Below the pieces are notes generated by a model. That model made no database searches. It saw only the letters and a program-made list of their open reading frames with translations, and was not told the origin of the DNA. A stretch of DNA of 64,000 bases, taken from positions 1 to 64,000 of the forward strand of contig JAYWIR010000018.1 of NCBI GenBank assembly GCA_036172245.1. The letters are read 5' to 3'. Every line of letters begins with the position of its first letter. Position 1 is the stretch's first letter. Both the position numbers and the translations under genes were made by a program. This stretch comes from Raillietiella orientalis (taxonomy: Eukaryota). Positions 1 to 15,000 of this stretch are shown here, in pieces.

Positions 1-3000
1 CTTTAACTTCAGTTTCCAGGTATCCTCTGTCCTTGCAGTTCATCTTTCTCAATGGGCAGTACACGACACTCACAGTAGATCCCCCCTTACGAATCGCAAA
101 TCCGTCCGACCCGACCACGAGAAAAGCAATTCAATGAACCTTGGAATCCCCGTTCCTCTTCACGGAATCCCTCTGCATCTTCCCAAATGGTCCCCGATGT
201 CCACGTCTAGGATGGGTGGATGGGGACTCTTGAATTCGGCAGCATCACCTAGGATTAAATAAAATATATCTTGTTTCTACAAATCCCTTTACCTTCGGTT
301 TCCAAGGATCCTCTATCCTCGCATAACTTCACTCTCCATGCGCAGTACACGACACTTACATTAGATCCCCCCTTTGGAGTCGCACATCCGTCCGACCCGA
401 CGACGAGAAAAGGAATCCAACTTACCTTGGAATCTCCGTTCCTCTTCAAGGAATTCCTCAACGTCTTCCCAAATGGTTCCCGATGTCCACGTCTGGAATA
501 AGATTAAGAGGATTTCTGAATTCGACAGCATAACCTAGGATTTATTCAAAAAAATTTATATCTGCAAATCCCATTACCTTCAGTTTCCCGGGATCCTTTG
601 TCCTGGCAGTTCGTCTTTCTCAATGGACAGTACACGACACTCACATTAGATCCCCCCTTAAAAATCGCAAATCCGTCCGACCCGACCACGAGAAAAGCAA
701 TTGAATGAACCTTGGAATCCCCGTTCCTCTTGTAGGGATACCTCGGCGTCTTCCCAAATGGTGCCCGATGTCCACGTCTAGGATGGGTGGAAGGGGACAC
801 TTCAATCCGGCAGCATCACCTAGGATTCAATAAAATAATTCTTGTATCTGCAAATCCCTTCACCTTCAGTATTCAGGGATCCTCTGTCCTTGCATTTCAT
901 CTTTGTCCGTGTGCAGCACACGACACTCACAGTACATCCCCCCTTACGAATCGAAAATCCGTCCGACCCGACGAATAGAAAAGGAATCGAACTTACCTTG
1001 GAATCTCCGTTCCTCTTCAAGGAATTTCTCAACGTCTTCCCAAATGGTCCCCGATGTCAACGTCTGGGATGGGAGGAAAAGGATTCATGAATTCGGCAGC
1101 ATAACCTAGGATTTAAGAAAAAAATTCGTGTATCGGGAAATCCCTTTACCTTCAGTTTCCAAGATTCCTCTGTCATCTCATATCTTCTCTCTCCATGGGC
1201 AGTGCACGACACACACAGTAGATCCCCCCTTACGAATCGCAAATCCGTCCGACCCGACGACGAGAAAAGCAATTGAATGTACCTTGGAATCCCCGTTCCT
1301 CTTCACGGAATCCCACTGCAACTTCCCAAATGGTCCCCGATGTACTCGACTTGGATGGCTGGAGGATGATTCTTCAATTCGGTATATAACCTAGGATTCA
1401 ATGAAAAAATTCTTGTATCTGCAAATCCCTTTACCTTCAGTTTCCAGGGATCTTCTGTCCTTGCGGTTCATCTTTCTCAATGGGCATTACACGACACTCA
1501 CAGTAGATCCCCCCTTACGAATCGCAACTCCGTTCGGCCCGACGACGAGAAAAGCAATTGAACTTACCTTGGAATCCCCGTTTTTTTTCACGGAATCCCA
1601 ATGCGTCTTCCCAAATGGTCCCCGATGTCCACGTCAAGGATGGGTGGAAGGGGACTCTTGAATTCGGCAGCATCACCTAGGATTTAATTAAATTCTTCTT
1701 GTTTCTTCAAATCCCTTTACCTTCGGTTTCCAAGGATCCTCTATCCTCGCATATCTTCTGTCTCCATGGGCAGTGCACGACACTCACAGTAGATCCCCCC
1801 TTACGAATCGCAAATGCGTCCGACCCGACGACGAGAAAAGCAATTGAACTTACCTTGGAATCCCCGTTTTTCTTCACGGAATCCCTCTGCGTCTTCCCAA
1901 ATGGTCCCCGATGTCCACGTCAAGGATGGGTGGAAGGGGACACTTGAATTCGGCAGCATCACCTAGGATTCAATAAAATACTTCTTGTTTCTACAAATCC
2001 CATTACCTTCGGTTTCCAAGGATCCTCTATCCTCGCATATCTTCTGTCTCTATGGGCAGTGCAGGACACTCACAGTAGATCCTCCCTTACGAATCGAAAA
2101 TCCGTCCGACCCGACGAATAGAAAAGGAATCGAACTTACCTTGGAATCTTCGTTCCTCTTCAAGGAATTCCTCAACGTCTTCCCAAATGGTCCCCGATGT
2201 CAACGTCTGGGATGGGAGGAAAAGGATTCATGAATTCGGCAGCATAACCTAGGATTTAAGAAAAAAATTCGTGTATCTGCAAATCCCTTTACCTTCAGTT
2301 TCCAAGATTCCTCTGTCATCTCATATCTTCTCTCTCCATGGGCAGTGCACGACACACACAGTAGATCCCCCCTTACGAATCGCAACTCCGTTCGGCCCGA
2401 CGACGAGAAAAGCAATTGAACTTACCTTGGAATCCCCGTTCCTCTTCACGGAAACCCTCTGCGTCTTCCCAAATGGTCCCCGATGTCCACGTCAAGGATG
2501 GGTGGAAGGGGACTCTTGAATTCGGCAGCATCACCTAGGATTTAATAAAATTCTTCTTGTTTCTTCAAATCCCTTTACCTTCGGTTTCCAAGGATCCTCT
2601 ATCCTCGCATATCTTCTGTCTCCATGGGCAGTGCACGACACTCACAGTAGATCCCCCCTTACGAATCGCAAATGCGTCCGACCCGACGACGAGAAAAGCA
2701 ATTCAACTTACCTTGGAATCCCCGTTTTTCTTCACGGAATCCCTCTGCGTCTTCCCAAATGGTCCCCGATGTCCACGTCAAGGATGGGTGGAAGGGGACA
2801 CTTGATTTCGGCAGCATCACCTGGGATTCAATAAACAATTTCTTGTATCTGCAAATCCCTTTACCTTCAGTTTCCAGGTATCCTCTGTCCTTGCAGTTCA
2901 TCTTTCTCAATGGGCAGTACACGACACCCACTTTAGATCCCTCCTTGGGAATCGCAAATCCGTCCGACCCGACGACGAGAAAAGCAATTGAACTTACCTT

Positions 3001-6000
3001 GGAATCCCCGTTCCTTTTCACGGAATCCCTCTGCAGCTTCCCAAATGGTACCCGATGTCCACCCCTGGGATGGGAGGAAGACGATTCCTGAATTCGGCAG
3101 CATAACCTGGGATCAATAAAATAATTCTTGTTCCTACAAATCCCTTTACCTTCGGTTTCCAAGGATCCTCTATCCTCGCATATCTTCTGTCTCCATGGGC
3201 AGTGCACGACACTCACATTAGGTCCCCCCTTAGGAGTCGCAAATCCGTCCGACCTGACGACGAGAAAAGGAATCGAACTTACCTTGGAATCTCCGTTCCT
3301 CTTCAAGGAATCCCTCAACGTCTTCCCAAATGGTCCCCGATGTCAACGTCTGGGATGGGAGGAAGAGAATTCATGAATTCGGCAGCATCACCTAGGATTC
3401 AATAAACAATTTCTTGTATCTGCAAATCCCTTTACCTTCAGTTTCCAGGTATCCTCTGTCCTTGCAGTTCATCTTTCTCAATGGGCAGTACACGACACTC
3501 ACAGTAGATCCCCCCTTACGAATCGCAAATCCGTCCGACCCGACGACGTGAAAAGCAATTGAACTTACCTTGGAATCCCCGTTCCTCTTCACGGAATCCC
3601 TCTGCATCTTCCCAAATGGTCCCCGATGTCCACGTCTAGGATGGGTGGAAGGGGACACTTGAATTCGGCAGCATCACCTAGGATTCAATAAACAATTTCT
3701 TGTATCTGCAAATCCCTTTACCTTCAGTTTCCAGGTATCCTCTGTCCTTGCAGTTCATCTTTCTCAATGGGCAGTACACGACACTCACAGTAGATCCCTC
3801 CTTGGGAATCGCAAATCCGTCCGACCCGACGACGAGAAAAGCAATTGAACTTACCTTGGAATCCCCGTTCCTCTTCACGGAATCCCTCTGCATCTTCCCA
3901 AATGGTCCCCGATGTCCACGTCCAGGATGGGTGGAAGGGGACACTTGAATTCGGCAGCATCACCTAGGATTCAATAAAATACTTCTTGTTTCTACAAATC
4001 CCTTTACCTTCGGTTTCCAAGGATCCTCTATCCTCACATATCTTCTGTCTCCATTGGCAGTGCACGACACTCACAGTAGATCCCCCCTTACGAATCGCAA
4101 ATCCGTCCGACCCGACGACGAGAAAAGCAATTGAACTTACCTTGGAATCCCCGTTCCTCTTCACGGAATCCCTCTGCATCTTCCCAAATGTTCCCCGATG
4201 TCCACGTCTAGGATGGGTGGAAGGGGACACTTGAATTCGGCAGCATCACCTAGGATTCAATAAACAATTTCTTGTATCTGCAAATCCCTTTACCTTCAGT
4301 TTCCAGGTATCCTCTGTCCTTGCAGTTCATCTTTCTCAATGGGAAGTACACGACACCCACTTTAGATCCCTCCTTGGGAATCGCAAATCCGTCCGACCCG
4401 ACGACGAGAAAAGCAATTGAACTTACCTTGGAATCCCCGTTCCTCTTCACGGAATCCCTCTGCATCTTCCCAAATGGTCCCCGATGTCCACGTCTAGGAT
4501 GGTGGAAGGGGACACTTGAATTCGGCAGCATCACCTAGGATTCAATAAACAATTTCTTGTATCTGCAAATCCCTTTACCTTCAGTTTCAAGGTATCCTCT
4601 GTCCTTGCAGTTCATCTCTCTCAATGGGCAGTACACGACACTCACAGTAGATCCCCCCTTACGAATCGCAAATCCGTCCGACCCGACGACGTGAAAAGCA
4701 ATTGAACTTACCTTCGAATCCCCGTTCCTCTTCACGGAATCCCTCTGCATCTTCCCAAATGGTCCCCGATGTCCACGTCTAGGATGGGTGGAAGGGGACA
4801 CTTGAATTCGGCAGCATCACCTAGGATTCAATAAACAATTTCTTGTATCTACAAATCCCTTTACCTTCAGTTTCCAGATATCCTCTGTCCTTGCAGTTCA
4901 TCTTTCCCAATGGGCAGTACACGACACCCACTTTAGATCCTTCCTTGGGAATCGCAAATCCGTCCGACCCGACCACGAGAAAAGCAATTGAACTTACCTT
5001 GGAATCCCCGTTCCTCTTCAAGGGATACCTCGGCGCCTTCCCAAATGGTCCCCGATGTCCACGTCTAGGATGGGTGGAAGGGGACTCTTCAATTCGGCAG
5101 CATCACCTAGGATACAATAAAATAATTCTTGTATCTGCAAATCCCTCCACCTTCAGTATCCAGGGATCCTCTGTCCTTGCATTTCATCTTTGTCCGTGTG
5201 CAGCACACGACACTCACATTAGTTCCCCCTTTACGAATCGCAAATCCGTTCGACCCGACGACGAGAAAAGCAATTGAAATTACCTTGGAATCCCCGTTCC
5301 TCTTCACGGAAACCCTCTGCGTCTTCCCAAATGGTCCCCGATGTCAACGTCTGGGATGGGAGGAAGAGTATTCATGAATTCGGCAGCATAACCTAGGATT
5401 TAAGAAAAAAATTCGTGTATCTGCAAATCCCTTTACCTTCAGTTTCCAAGATTCCTCTGTCATCTCATATCTTCTCTCTCCATGGGCAGTGCACGACACT
5501 CACAGTAGATCCCCCCTTACGAATCGCAAATCCGTCGGACCCGACGACGAGAAAAGCAATTGAACTTACCTCGGAATCCCCGTTCCTCTTCACGGAAACC
5601 CTCTGCGTCTTCCCAAATGGTCCCCGATGTCCACGTCAAGGATGGGTGGAAGGGGACTCTTGAATTCGGCAGCATCACCTAGGATTCAAGAAAATACTTC
5701 TTGTTTCTACAAATCCCTTTACCTTCGGTTTCCAAGGATCCTCTATCCTCGCATATCTTCTGTCTCCATGGGCAGTGCACGACACTCACAGTAGATCCCC
5801 CCTTACGAGTCGCAAATCCGTTTTGACCCGACGACGAGAAAAGCAATTGAACTTACCTTGGAATCCCCGTTCCTCTTCACGGAATCCCTCTGCATCTTCC
5901 CAAATGGTCCCCGATGTCCATGTCTATGATGGGAGGAAGACGATTCCTGAATTCTTCGGCATAACCTAGGATTTAATAAAAAAATTCTTGTATCTGCAAA

Positions 6001-9000
6001 TCCCTTTACCTTCAGTTTCCAGGGATCCTCTGTCCTTGCAGTTCATCTTTCTCAATGGGCAGTACACGACACTCACTTTAGATCCCCCCTTGGTTATCGC
6101 AAATCCTTCCGACCCGACGACGAGAAAAGCAATTGAACTTACCTTGGAATCCCCGTTCCTTTTCACGGAATCCCTCTGCAGCTTCCCAAATGGTACCCGA
6201 TGTCCACCCCTTGGATGGGAAAAAGACGATTTATGAATTCGGCAGCATAACCTGGGATCAATAAAATAATTCTTGTTTCTACAAATCCCTTTACCTTCGG
6301 TTTCCAAGGATCCTCTATCCTCGCATAACTTCTGTCTCCATGGGCAGTACACGACACTTACATTAGATCCCCCCTTAGGAGTCGCAAATCCGTCCGAACC
6401 GACGACGAGAAAAGGAATCGAACTTACCTTGTAATCTCCGTTCCTCTTCAAGGAATTCCTCAACGTCTTCTCAAATGGTCCCCGGTGTCAACGTCTGGGA
6501 TGGGAGGAAGAGGATTCATGAATTCGGCAGCATAACCTACGATTTAAGAAAAAAATTCGTGTATCTGCAAATCCCTTTACCTTCAGTTTCCAAGATTCCT
6601 CTGTCATCTCATATCTTCTCTCTCCATGGGCAGTGCACGACACTCACAGTAGATCCCCCCTTACGAATCGCAAATCCGTCCGACCCGACGACGAGAAAAG
6701 CAATTGAACTTACCTTGGAATCCCCGTTCTTCTTCACGGAATCCCTCTGCATCTTCCCAAATGGTCCCCGATGTCCACGTCTAGGATGGGTGGAAGGGGA
6801 CACTTCAATTCGGCAGCATCACCTAGGATTCAATAAACAATTTCTTGTATCTGCAAATCCCTTTACCTTCAGTTTCCAGGTATCCTCTGTCCTTGCAGTT
6901 CATCTTTCTCAATGGGCAGTACACGACACTCACAGTAGATCCCCCCTTACCAATCGCAAATCCGTCCGACCCGACTACGAGAAAAGCAATTGACCTTACC
7001 TTGGAATCCCCGTTTTTTTTCACGGAATCCCAATGCGTCTTCCCAAATGGTCCCCGATGTCTACGTCAAGGATGGGTGGAAGGGGACTCTTGAATTCGGC
7101 AGCATCACCTAGGATTCAATAAAATACTTCTTGTTTCTACAAATCCCTTTACCTTCGGTTTCCAAGGATCCTCTATCCTCGCATATCTTCTGTCTCCATG
7201 GGCAGTGCACGACACTCACAGTAGATCCCCCCTTACGAATCGCAAATGCGTCCGACCCGACGACGAGAAAAGCAATTGAACTTACCTTGGAATCCCCGTT
7301 TTTCTTCACGGAATCCCTCTGCGTCTTCCCAAATGGTCCCCGATGTCCACGTCAAGGATGGGTGGAAGGGGACACTTGAATTCGGCAGCATCACCTAGGA
7401 TTCAATAAACAATTTCTTGTATCTGCAAATCCCTTTACCTTCAGTTTCCAGGTATCCTCTGTCCTTGCAGTTCATCTTTCTCAATGGGCAGTACACGACA
7501 CTCACAGTAGATCCCCCCTTACGAATCGCAAATCCGTCCGACCCGACGACGAGAAAAGCAATTGAACTTACCTTGGAATCCCCGTTCCTCTTCACGGAAT
7601 CCCTCTGCATCTTCCCAAATGGTCCCCGATGTCCACGTCCAGGATGGGTGGAAGGGGACACTTGAATTCGGCAGCATCACCTAGGATTCAATAAAATACT
7701 TCTTGTTTCTACAAATCCCTTTACCTTCGGTTTCCAAGGATCCTCTATCCTCACATATCTTCTGTCTCCATGGGCAGTGCACGACACTCACAGTAGATCC
7801 CCCCTTACGAATCGCAAATCCGTCCGACCCGACGACGAGAAAAGCAATTGAACTTACCTTGGAATCCCCGTTTTTCTTCACGGAATCCCTCTGCGTCTTC
7901 CCAAATGGTCCCCGATGTCCACGTCAAGGATGGGTGGAAGGGGACTCTTGAATTCGGCAGCATCACCTAGGATTAAATAAAATATATCTTGTTTCTACAA
8001 ATCCCTTTACCTTCGGTTTCCAAGGATCCTCTATCATCGCATAACTTCTGTCTCCATGCGCAGTACACGACACTCACATTAGATCCCCCCTTAAAAATCG
8101 CAAATCCGTCGAACCCGACCACGAGAAAAGCAATTGAATGAACCTTGGAATCCCCGTTCCTCTTGTAGGGATACCTCGGCGTCTTCCCAAATGGTGCCCG
8201 ATGTCCACGTCTAGGATGGGTGGAAGGGGACTCTTCAATCCGGCAGCATCACCTAGGATTCAATAAAATAATTCTTGTATCTGCAAATCCCTTCACCTTC
8301 AGTATTCAGGGATCCTCTGTCCTTGCATTTCATCTTTGTCCGTGTGCAGCACACGACACTCACAGTACATCCCCCCTTACGAATCGCAAATCCGTCCGAC
8401 CCGACGACGTGAAAAGCAATTGAACTTACCTTGGAATCCCCGTTCCTCTTCACGGAATCCCTCTGCATCTTCCCAAATGGTCCCCGATGTCCTCGACTTG
8501 GATGGCTGGAGGATGATTCTTCAATTCGGTATATAACCTAGGATTCAATGAAAAAATTCTTGTATCTCCAAATCCCTTTACCTTCAGTTTCCAGGGATCT
8601 TCTGTCCTTGCGGTTCATCTTTCTCAATGAGCATTACACGACACTCACAGTAGATCCCCCCTTACGAATCGCAACTCCGTTCGGCCCGACGACGAGAAAA
8701 GCAATTGAACTTACCTTGGAATCCCCGTTCCTCTTCACGGAAACCCTCTGCGTCTTCCCAAATGGTCCCCGATGTCGACGTCAAGGATGGGTGGAAGGGG
8801 ACTCTTGAATTCGGCAGCATCACCTAGGATTTAATTAAATTCTTCTTGTTTCTTCAAATCCCTTTACCTTCGGTTTCCAAGGATCCTCTATCCTCGCATA
8901 ACTTCTGTCTCCATGGGCAGTGCACGACACTCACATTAGGTCCCCCCTTAGGAGTCGCAAATCCGTCCGACCTGACGACGAGAAAAGGAATCGAACTTAC

Positions 9001-12000
9001 CTTGGAATCTCCGTTCCTCTTCAAGGAATCCCTCAACGTCTTCCCAAATGGTCCCCGATGTCAACGTCTGGGATGGGAGGAAGAGAATTCATGAATTCGG
9101 CAGCATCACCTAGGATTCAATAAACAATTTCTTGTATCTGCAAATCCTTTAACCTTCAGTTTCCAGGTATCCTCTGTCCTTGCAGTTCACCTTTCTCAAT
9201 GGGCAGTACACGACACTCACAGTAGATCCCCCCTTACGAATCGCAAATCCGTCCGACCCGACGACGTGAAAAGCAATTGAACTTACCTTGGAATCCCCGT
9301 TCCTCTTCACGGAATCCCTCTGCATCTTCCCAAATGGTCCCCGATGTCCACGTCTAGGATGGGTGGAAGGGGACACTTGAATTCGGCAGCATCACCTAGG
9401 ATTCAATAAACAATTTCTTGTATCTGCAAATCCCTTTACCTTCAGTTTCCAAGATTCCTCTATCCTCGCATATCTTCTGTCTCCATGGGCAGTGCACGAC
9501 ACTCACAGTAGATCCCCCCTTACGAATCGCAAATCCGTCCGACCCGACGACGAGAAAAGCAATTGAACTTACCTTGGAATCCCCGTTCTTCTTCACGGAA
9601 TCCCTCTGCATCTTCCCAAATGGTCCCCGATGTCCACGTCTAGGATGGGTGGAAGGGGACACTTGAATTCGGCAGCATCACCTAGGATTCAATAAACAAT
9701 TTCTTGTATCTGCAAATCCCTTTACCTTCAGTTTCCAGGTATCCTCTGTCCTTGCAGTTCATCTTTCTCAATGGGCAGTACACGACACTCACAGTAGATC
9801 CCCCCTTACGAATCGCAAATGCGTCCGACCCGACTACGAGAAAAGCAATTGACCTTACCTTGGAATCCCCGTTTTTTTTCACGGAATCCCAATGCGTCTT
9901 CCCAAATGGTCCCCGATGTCCACGTCAAGGATGGGTGGAAGGGGACTCTTGAATTCGGCAGCATCACCTAGGATTCAATAAAATACTTCTTGTTTCTACA
10001 AATCCCTTTACCTTCGGTTTCCAAGGATCCTCTATCCTCGCATATCTTCTGTCTCCATGGGCAGTGCACGACACTCACAGTAGATCCCCCCTTACGAATC
10101 GCAAATGCGTCCGACCCGACGACGAGAAAAGCAATTGAACTTACCTTGGAATCCCCGTTTTTCTTCACGGAATCCCTCTGCGTCTTCCCAAATGGTCCCC
10201 GATGTCCACGTCAAGGATGGGTGGAAGGGGACACTTGAATTCGGCAGCATCACCTAGGATTCAATAAACAATTTCTTGTATCTGCAAATCCCTTTACCTT
10301 CAGTTTCCAGGTATCCTCTGTCCTTGCAGTTCATCTTTCTCAATGGGCAGTACACGACACTCACAGTAGATCCCCCCTTACGAATCGCAAATCCGTCCGA
10401 CACGACGACGAGAAAAGCAATTGAACTTACCTTGGAATCCCCGTTCCTCTTCACGGAATCCCTCTGCATCTTCCCAAATGGTCCCCGATGTCCACGTCCA
10501 GGATGGGTGGAAGGGGACACTTGAATTCGGCAGCATCACCTAGGATTCAATAAAATACTTCTTGTTTCTACAAATCCCTTTACCTTCGGTTTCCAAGGAT
10601 CCTCTATCCTCACATATCTTCTGTCTCCATGGGCAGTGCACGACACTCACAGTAGATCCCCCCTTACGAATCGCAAATCCGTCCGACCCGACGACGAGAA
10701 AAGCAATTGAACTTACCTTGGAATCCCCGTTCCTCTTCACGGAATCCCTCTGCATCTTCCCAAATGGTCCCCGATGTCCACGTCTAGGATGGGTGGAAGG
10801 GGACACTTGAATTCGGCAGCATCACCTAGGATTCAATAAACAATTTCTTGTATCTGCAAATCCCTTTACCTTCAGTTTCCAGGTATCCTCTGTCCTTGCA
10901 GTTCATCTTTCTCAATGGGCAGTACACGACACCCACTTTAGATCCCTCCTTGGGAATCGCAAATCCGTCCGACCCGACGACGAGAAAAGCAATTGAACTT
11001 ACCTTGGAATCCCCGTTCCTCTTCACGGAATCCCTCTGCATCTTCCCAAATGGTCCCCGATGTCCACGTCTAGGATGGGTGGAAGGGGACACTTGAATTC
11101 GGCAGCATCACCTAGGATTCAATAAACAATTTCTTGTATCTGCAAATCCCTTTACCTTCAGTTTCCAGGTATCCTCTGTCCTTGCAGTTCATCTTTCTCA
11201 ATGGGCAGTACACGACACTCACAGTAGATCCCCCCTTACGAATCGCAAATCCGTCCGACCCGACGACGTGAAAAGCAATTGAACTTACCTTCGAATCCCC
11301 GTTCCTCTTCACGGAATCCCTCTGCATCTTCCCAAATGGTCCCCGATGTCCACGTCTAGGATGGGTGGAAGGGGACACTTGAATTCGGCAGCATCACCTA
11401 GGATTCAATAAACAATTTCTTGTATCTGCAAATCCCTTTACCTTCAGTTTCCAGATATCCTCTGTCCTTGCAGTTCATCTTTCCCAATGGGCAGTACACG
11501 ACACCCACTTTAGATCCTTCCTTGGGAATCGCAAATCCGTCCGACCCGACCACGAGAAAAGCAATTGAACTTACCTTGGAATCCCCGTTCCTCTTCAAGG
11601 GATACCTCGGCGCCTTCCCAAATGGTCCCCGATGTCCACGTCTAGGATGGGTGGAAGGGGACTCTTCAATTCGGCAGCATCACCTAGGATACAATAAAAT
11701 AATTCTTGTATCTGCAAATCCCTCCACCTTCAGTATCCAGGGATCCTCTGTCCTTGCATTTCATCTTTGTCCGTGTGCAGCACACGACACTCACATTAGT
11801 TCCCCCCTTACGAATCGCAAATCCTTCCGACCCGACGACGAGAAAAGCAATTGAACTTACCTTGGAATCCCCGTTCCTCTTCACGGAATCCCTCTGCATC
11901 TTCCCAAATGGTCCCCGATGTCCACGTCTAGGATGGATGGAAGGGGACACTTGAATTCGGAAGCATCACCAAGATTCAATAAACAATTTCTTGTATCTGC

Positions 12001-15000
12001 AAATCCCTTTACCTTCAGTTTCCAGGTATCCTCTGTCCTTGCAGTTCATCTTTCTCAATGGGCAGTACACGACACTCACAGTAGATCCCCCCTTACGAAT
12101 CGCAAATCCGTTCGACCCGACGACGAGAAAAGCAATTGAAATTACCTTGGAATCCCCGTTCCTCTTCACGGAAACCCTCTGCGTCTTCCCAAATGGTCCC
12201 CGATGTCAACGTCTGGGATGGGAGGAAGAGTATTCATGAATTCGGCAGCATAACCTAGGATTTAAGAAAAAAATTCGTGTATCTGCAAATCCCTTTACCT
12301 TCAGTTTCCAAGATTCCTCTGTCATCTCATATCTTCTCTCTCCATGGGCAGTGCACGACACTCACAGTAGATCCCCCCTTACGAATCGCAAATCCGTCGG
12401 ACCCGACGACGAGAAAAGCAATTGAACTTACCTCGGAATCCCCGTTCCTCTTCACGGAAACCCTCTGCGTCTTCCCAAATGGTCCCCGATGTCCACGTCA
12501 AGGATGGGTGGAAGGGGACTCTTGAATTCGGCAGCATCACCTAGGATTCAATAAAATACTTCTTGTTTCTACAAATCCCTTTACCTTCGGTTTCCAAGGA
12601 TCCTCTATCCTCGCATATCTTCTGTCTCCATGGGCAGTGCACGACACTCACAGTAGATCCCCCCTTACGAGTCGCAAATCCGTTTTGACCCGACGACGAG
12701 AAAAGCAATTGAACTTACCTTGGAATCCCCGTTCCTCTTCACGGAATCCCTCTGCATCTTCCCAAATGGTCCCCGATGTCCATGTCTATGATGGGAGGAA
12801 GACGATTCCTGAATTCTTCGGCATAACCTAGGATTTAATAAAAAAATTCTTGTATCTGCAAATCCCTTTACCTTCAGTTTCCAGGGATCCTCTGTCCTTG
12901 CAGTTCATCTTTCTCAATGGGCAGTACACGACACTCACTTTAGATCCCCCCTTGGGAATCGCAAATCCTTCCGACCCGACGACGAGAAAAGCAATTGAAC
13001 TTACCTTGGAATCCCCGTTCCTTTTCACGGAATCCCTCTGCAGCTTCCCAAATGGTACCCGATGTCCACCCCTTGGATGGGAAAAAGACGATTCCTGAAT
13101 TCGGCAGCATAACCTGGGATCAATAAAATAATTCTTGTTTCTACAAATCCCTTTACCTTCGGTTTCCAAGGATCCTCTATCCTCGCATAACTTCTGTCTC
13201 CATGGGAAGTACACGACACTTACATTAGATCCCCCCTTAGGAGTCGCAAATCCGTCCGAACCGACGACGAGAAAAGGAATCGAACTTACCTTGCAATCTC
13301 CGTTCCTCTTCAAGGAATTCCTCAACGTCTTCTCAAATGGTCCCCGGTGTCAACGTCTGGGATGGGAGGAAGAGGATTCATGAATTCGGCAGCATAACCT
13401 ACGATTTAAGAAAAAAATTCGTGTATCTGCAAATCCCTTTACCTTCAGTTTCCAAGATTCCTCTGTCATCTCATATCTTCTCTCTCCATGGGCAGTGCAC
13501 GACACTCACAGTAGATCCCCTCTTACGAATCGCAAATCCGTCGGACCCGACGACGAGAAAAGCAATTGAACTTACCTCGGAATCCCCGTTCCTCTTCACG
13601 GAAACCCTCTGCGTCTTCCCAAATGGTCCCCGATGTCCACGTCAAGGATGGGTGGAAGAGGACTCTTGAATTCGGCAGCATCACCTTGGATTCAAGAAAA
13701 TACTTCTTGTTTCTACAAATCCCTTTACCTTCTTTTTCCAAGGATCCTCTATCCTCGCATATCTTCTGTCTCCATGGGCAGTGCACGTCACTCACAGTAG
13801 ATCCCCCCTTACGAATCGCAAATGCGTCCGACCCGACGACGAGAAAAGCAATTGAACTTACCTTGGAATACCCGTTTCTCTTCACGGAAACCCTCTGCGT
13901 CTTCCCAAATGGTCCCCGATGTCCACGTCCAGGATGGGTGGAAGGGGACTCTTGAATTCGGCAGCATCACCTAGGATTCAATAAAATACTTCTTGTTTCT
14001 ACAAATCTCTTTACCTTCGGTTTCCAAGGATCCTCTATCCTCGCATATCTTCTGTCTCCATGGGCAGTGCACGACACTCACAGTAGATCCCCCCTTACGA
14101 ATCGCAAATCCGTCCGACCCGACGACGAGAAAAGCAATTGAACTTACCTTGGAATCCCCGTTCCTCTTCACGTTATCCCTCTGCATCTTCCCAAATGGTC
14201 CCCGATGTCCACGTCTAGGATGGGTGGAAGGGGACACTTGAATTCGCAGCATCACCTAGGATTCAAGAAACAATTTCTTGTATCTGCAAATCCCTTTACC
14301 TTCAGTTTCCAGGTATCCTCTGTCCTTGCAGTTCATCTTTCTCAATGGGAAGTACACGAAACCCACTTTTGATCCCTCCTTGGGAATCGCAAATCCGTCC
14401 GACCCGACGACGAGAAAAGCAATTGAACTTACCTTGGAATCCCCGTTCCTCTTCACGGAATCCCTCTGCATCTTCCCAAATGGTCCCCGAAGTCCACGTC
14501 TAGGATGGTGGAAGGGGACACTTGAATTCGCAGCACCACCTAGGATTCAAGAAACAATTTCTTGTATCTGCAAATCCCTTTACCTTCAATTTCCAGGTAT
14601 CCTCTGTCCTTGCAGTTCATCTCTCTCAATGGGCAGTACACGACACTCACAGTAGATCCCCCCTTACGAATCGCAAATCCGTCCGACCCGACGACAAGAA
14701 AAGCAATTGAACTTACCTTCGAATCCCCGTTCCTCTTCACGGAATCCCTCTGCATCTTCCCAAATGGTCCCCGATGTCCACGTCTAGGATGGGTGGAAGG
14801 GGACACTTGAATTCGGCAGCATCACCTAGGATTCAATAAACAATTTCTTGTATCTGCAAATCCCTTTACCTTCAGTTTCCAGATATCCTCTGTCCTTGCA
14901 GTTCATCTTTCCCAATGGGCAGTACACGACACCCACTTTAGATCCTTCCTTGGGAATCGCAAATCCGTCCGACCCGACCACGAGAAAAGCAATTGAACTT

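Noticed and set aside
985..1060. Minus-strand translation TIWEDVEKFLEEERRFQ resembling an FF-domain helix, with TCERG1 in the same window
   Set aside because: The match is short, appears in a minority variant, lacks the flanking FF helices and is absent from the edge copies. It is likely chance unless a profile search supports it.
3250..3272. Hammerhead ribozyme core (CTGACGA..GAAA) in the satellite
   Set aside because: Only rare variants have CTGA (most have CCGA), and just 3 nt separate the two boxes, so stem II cannot form.
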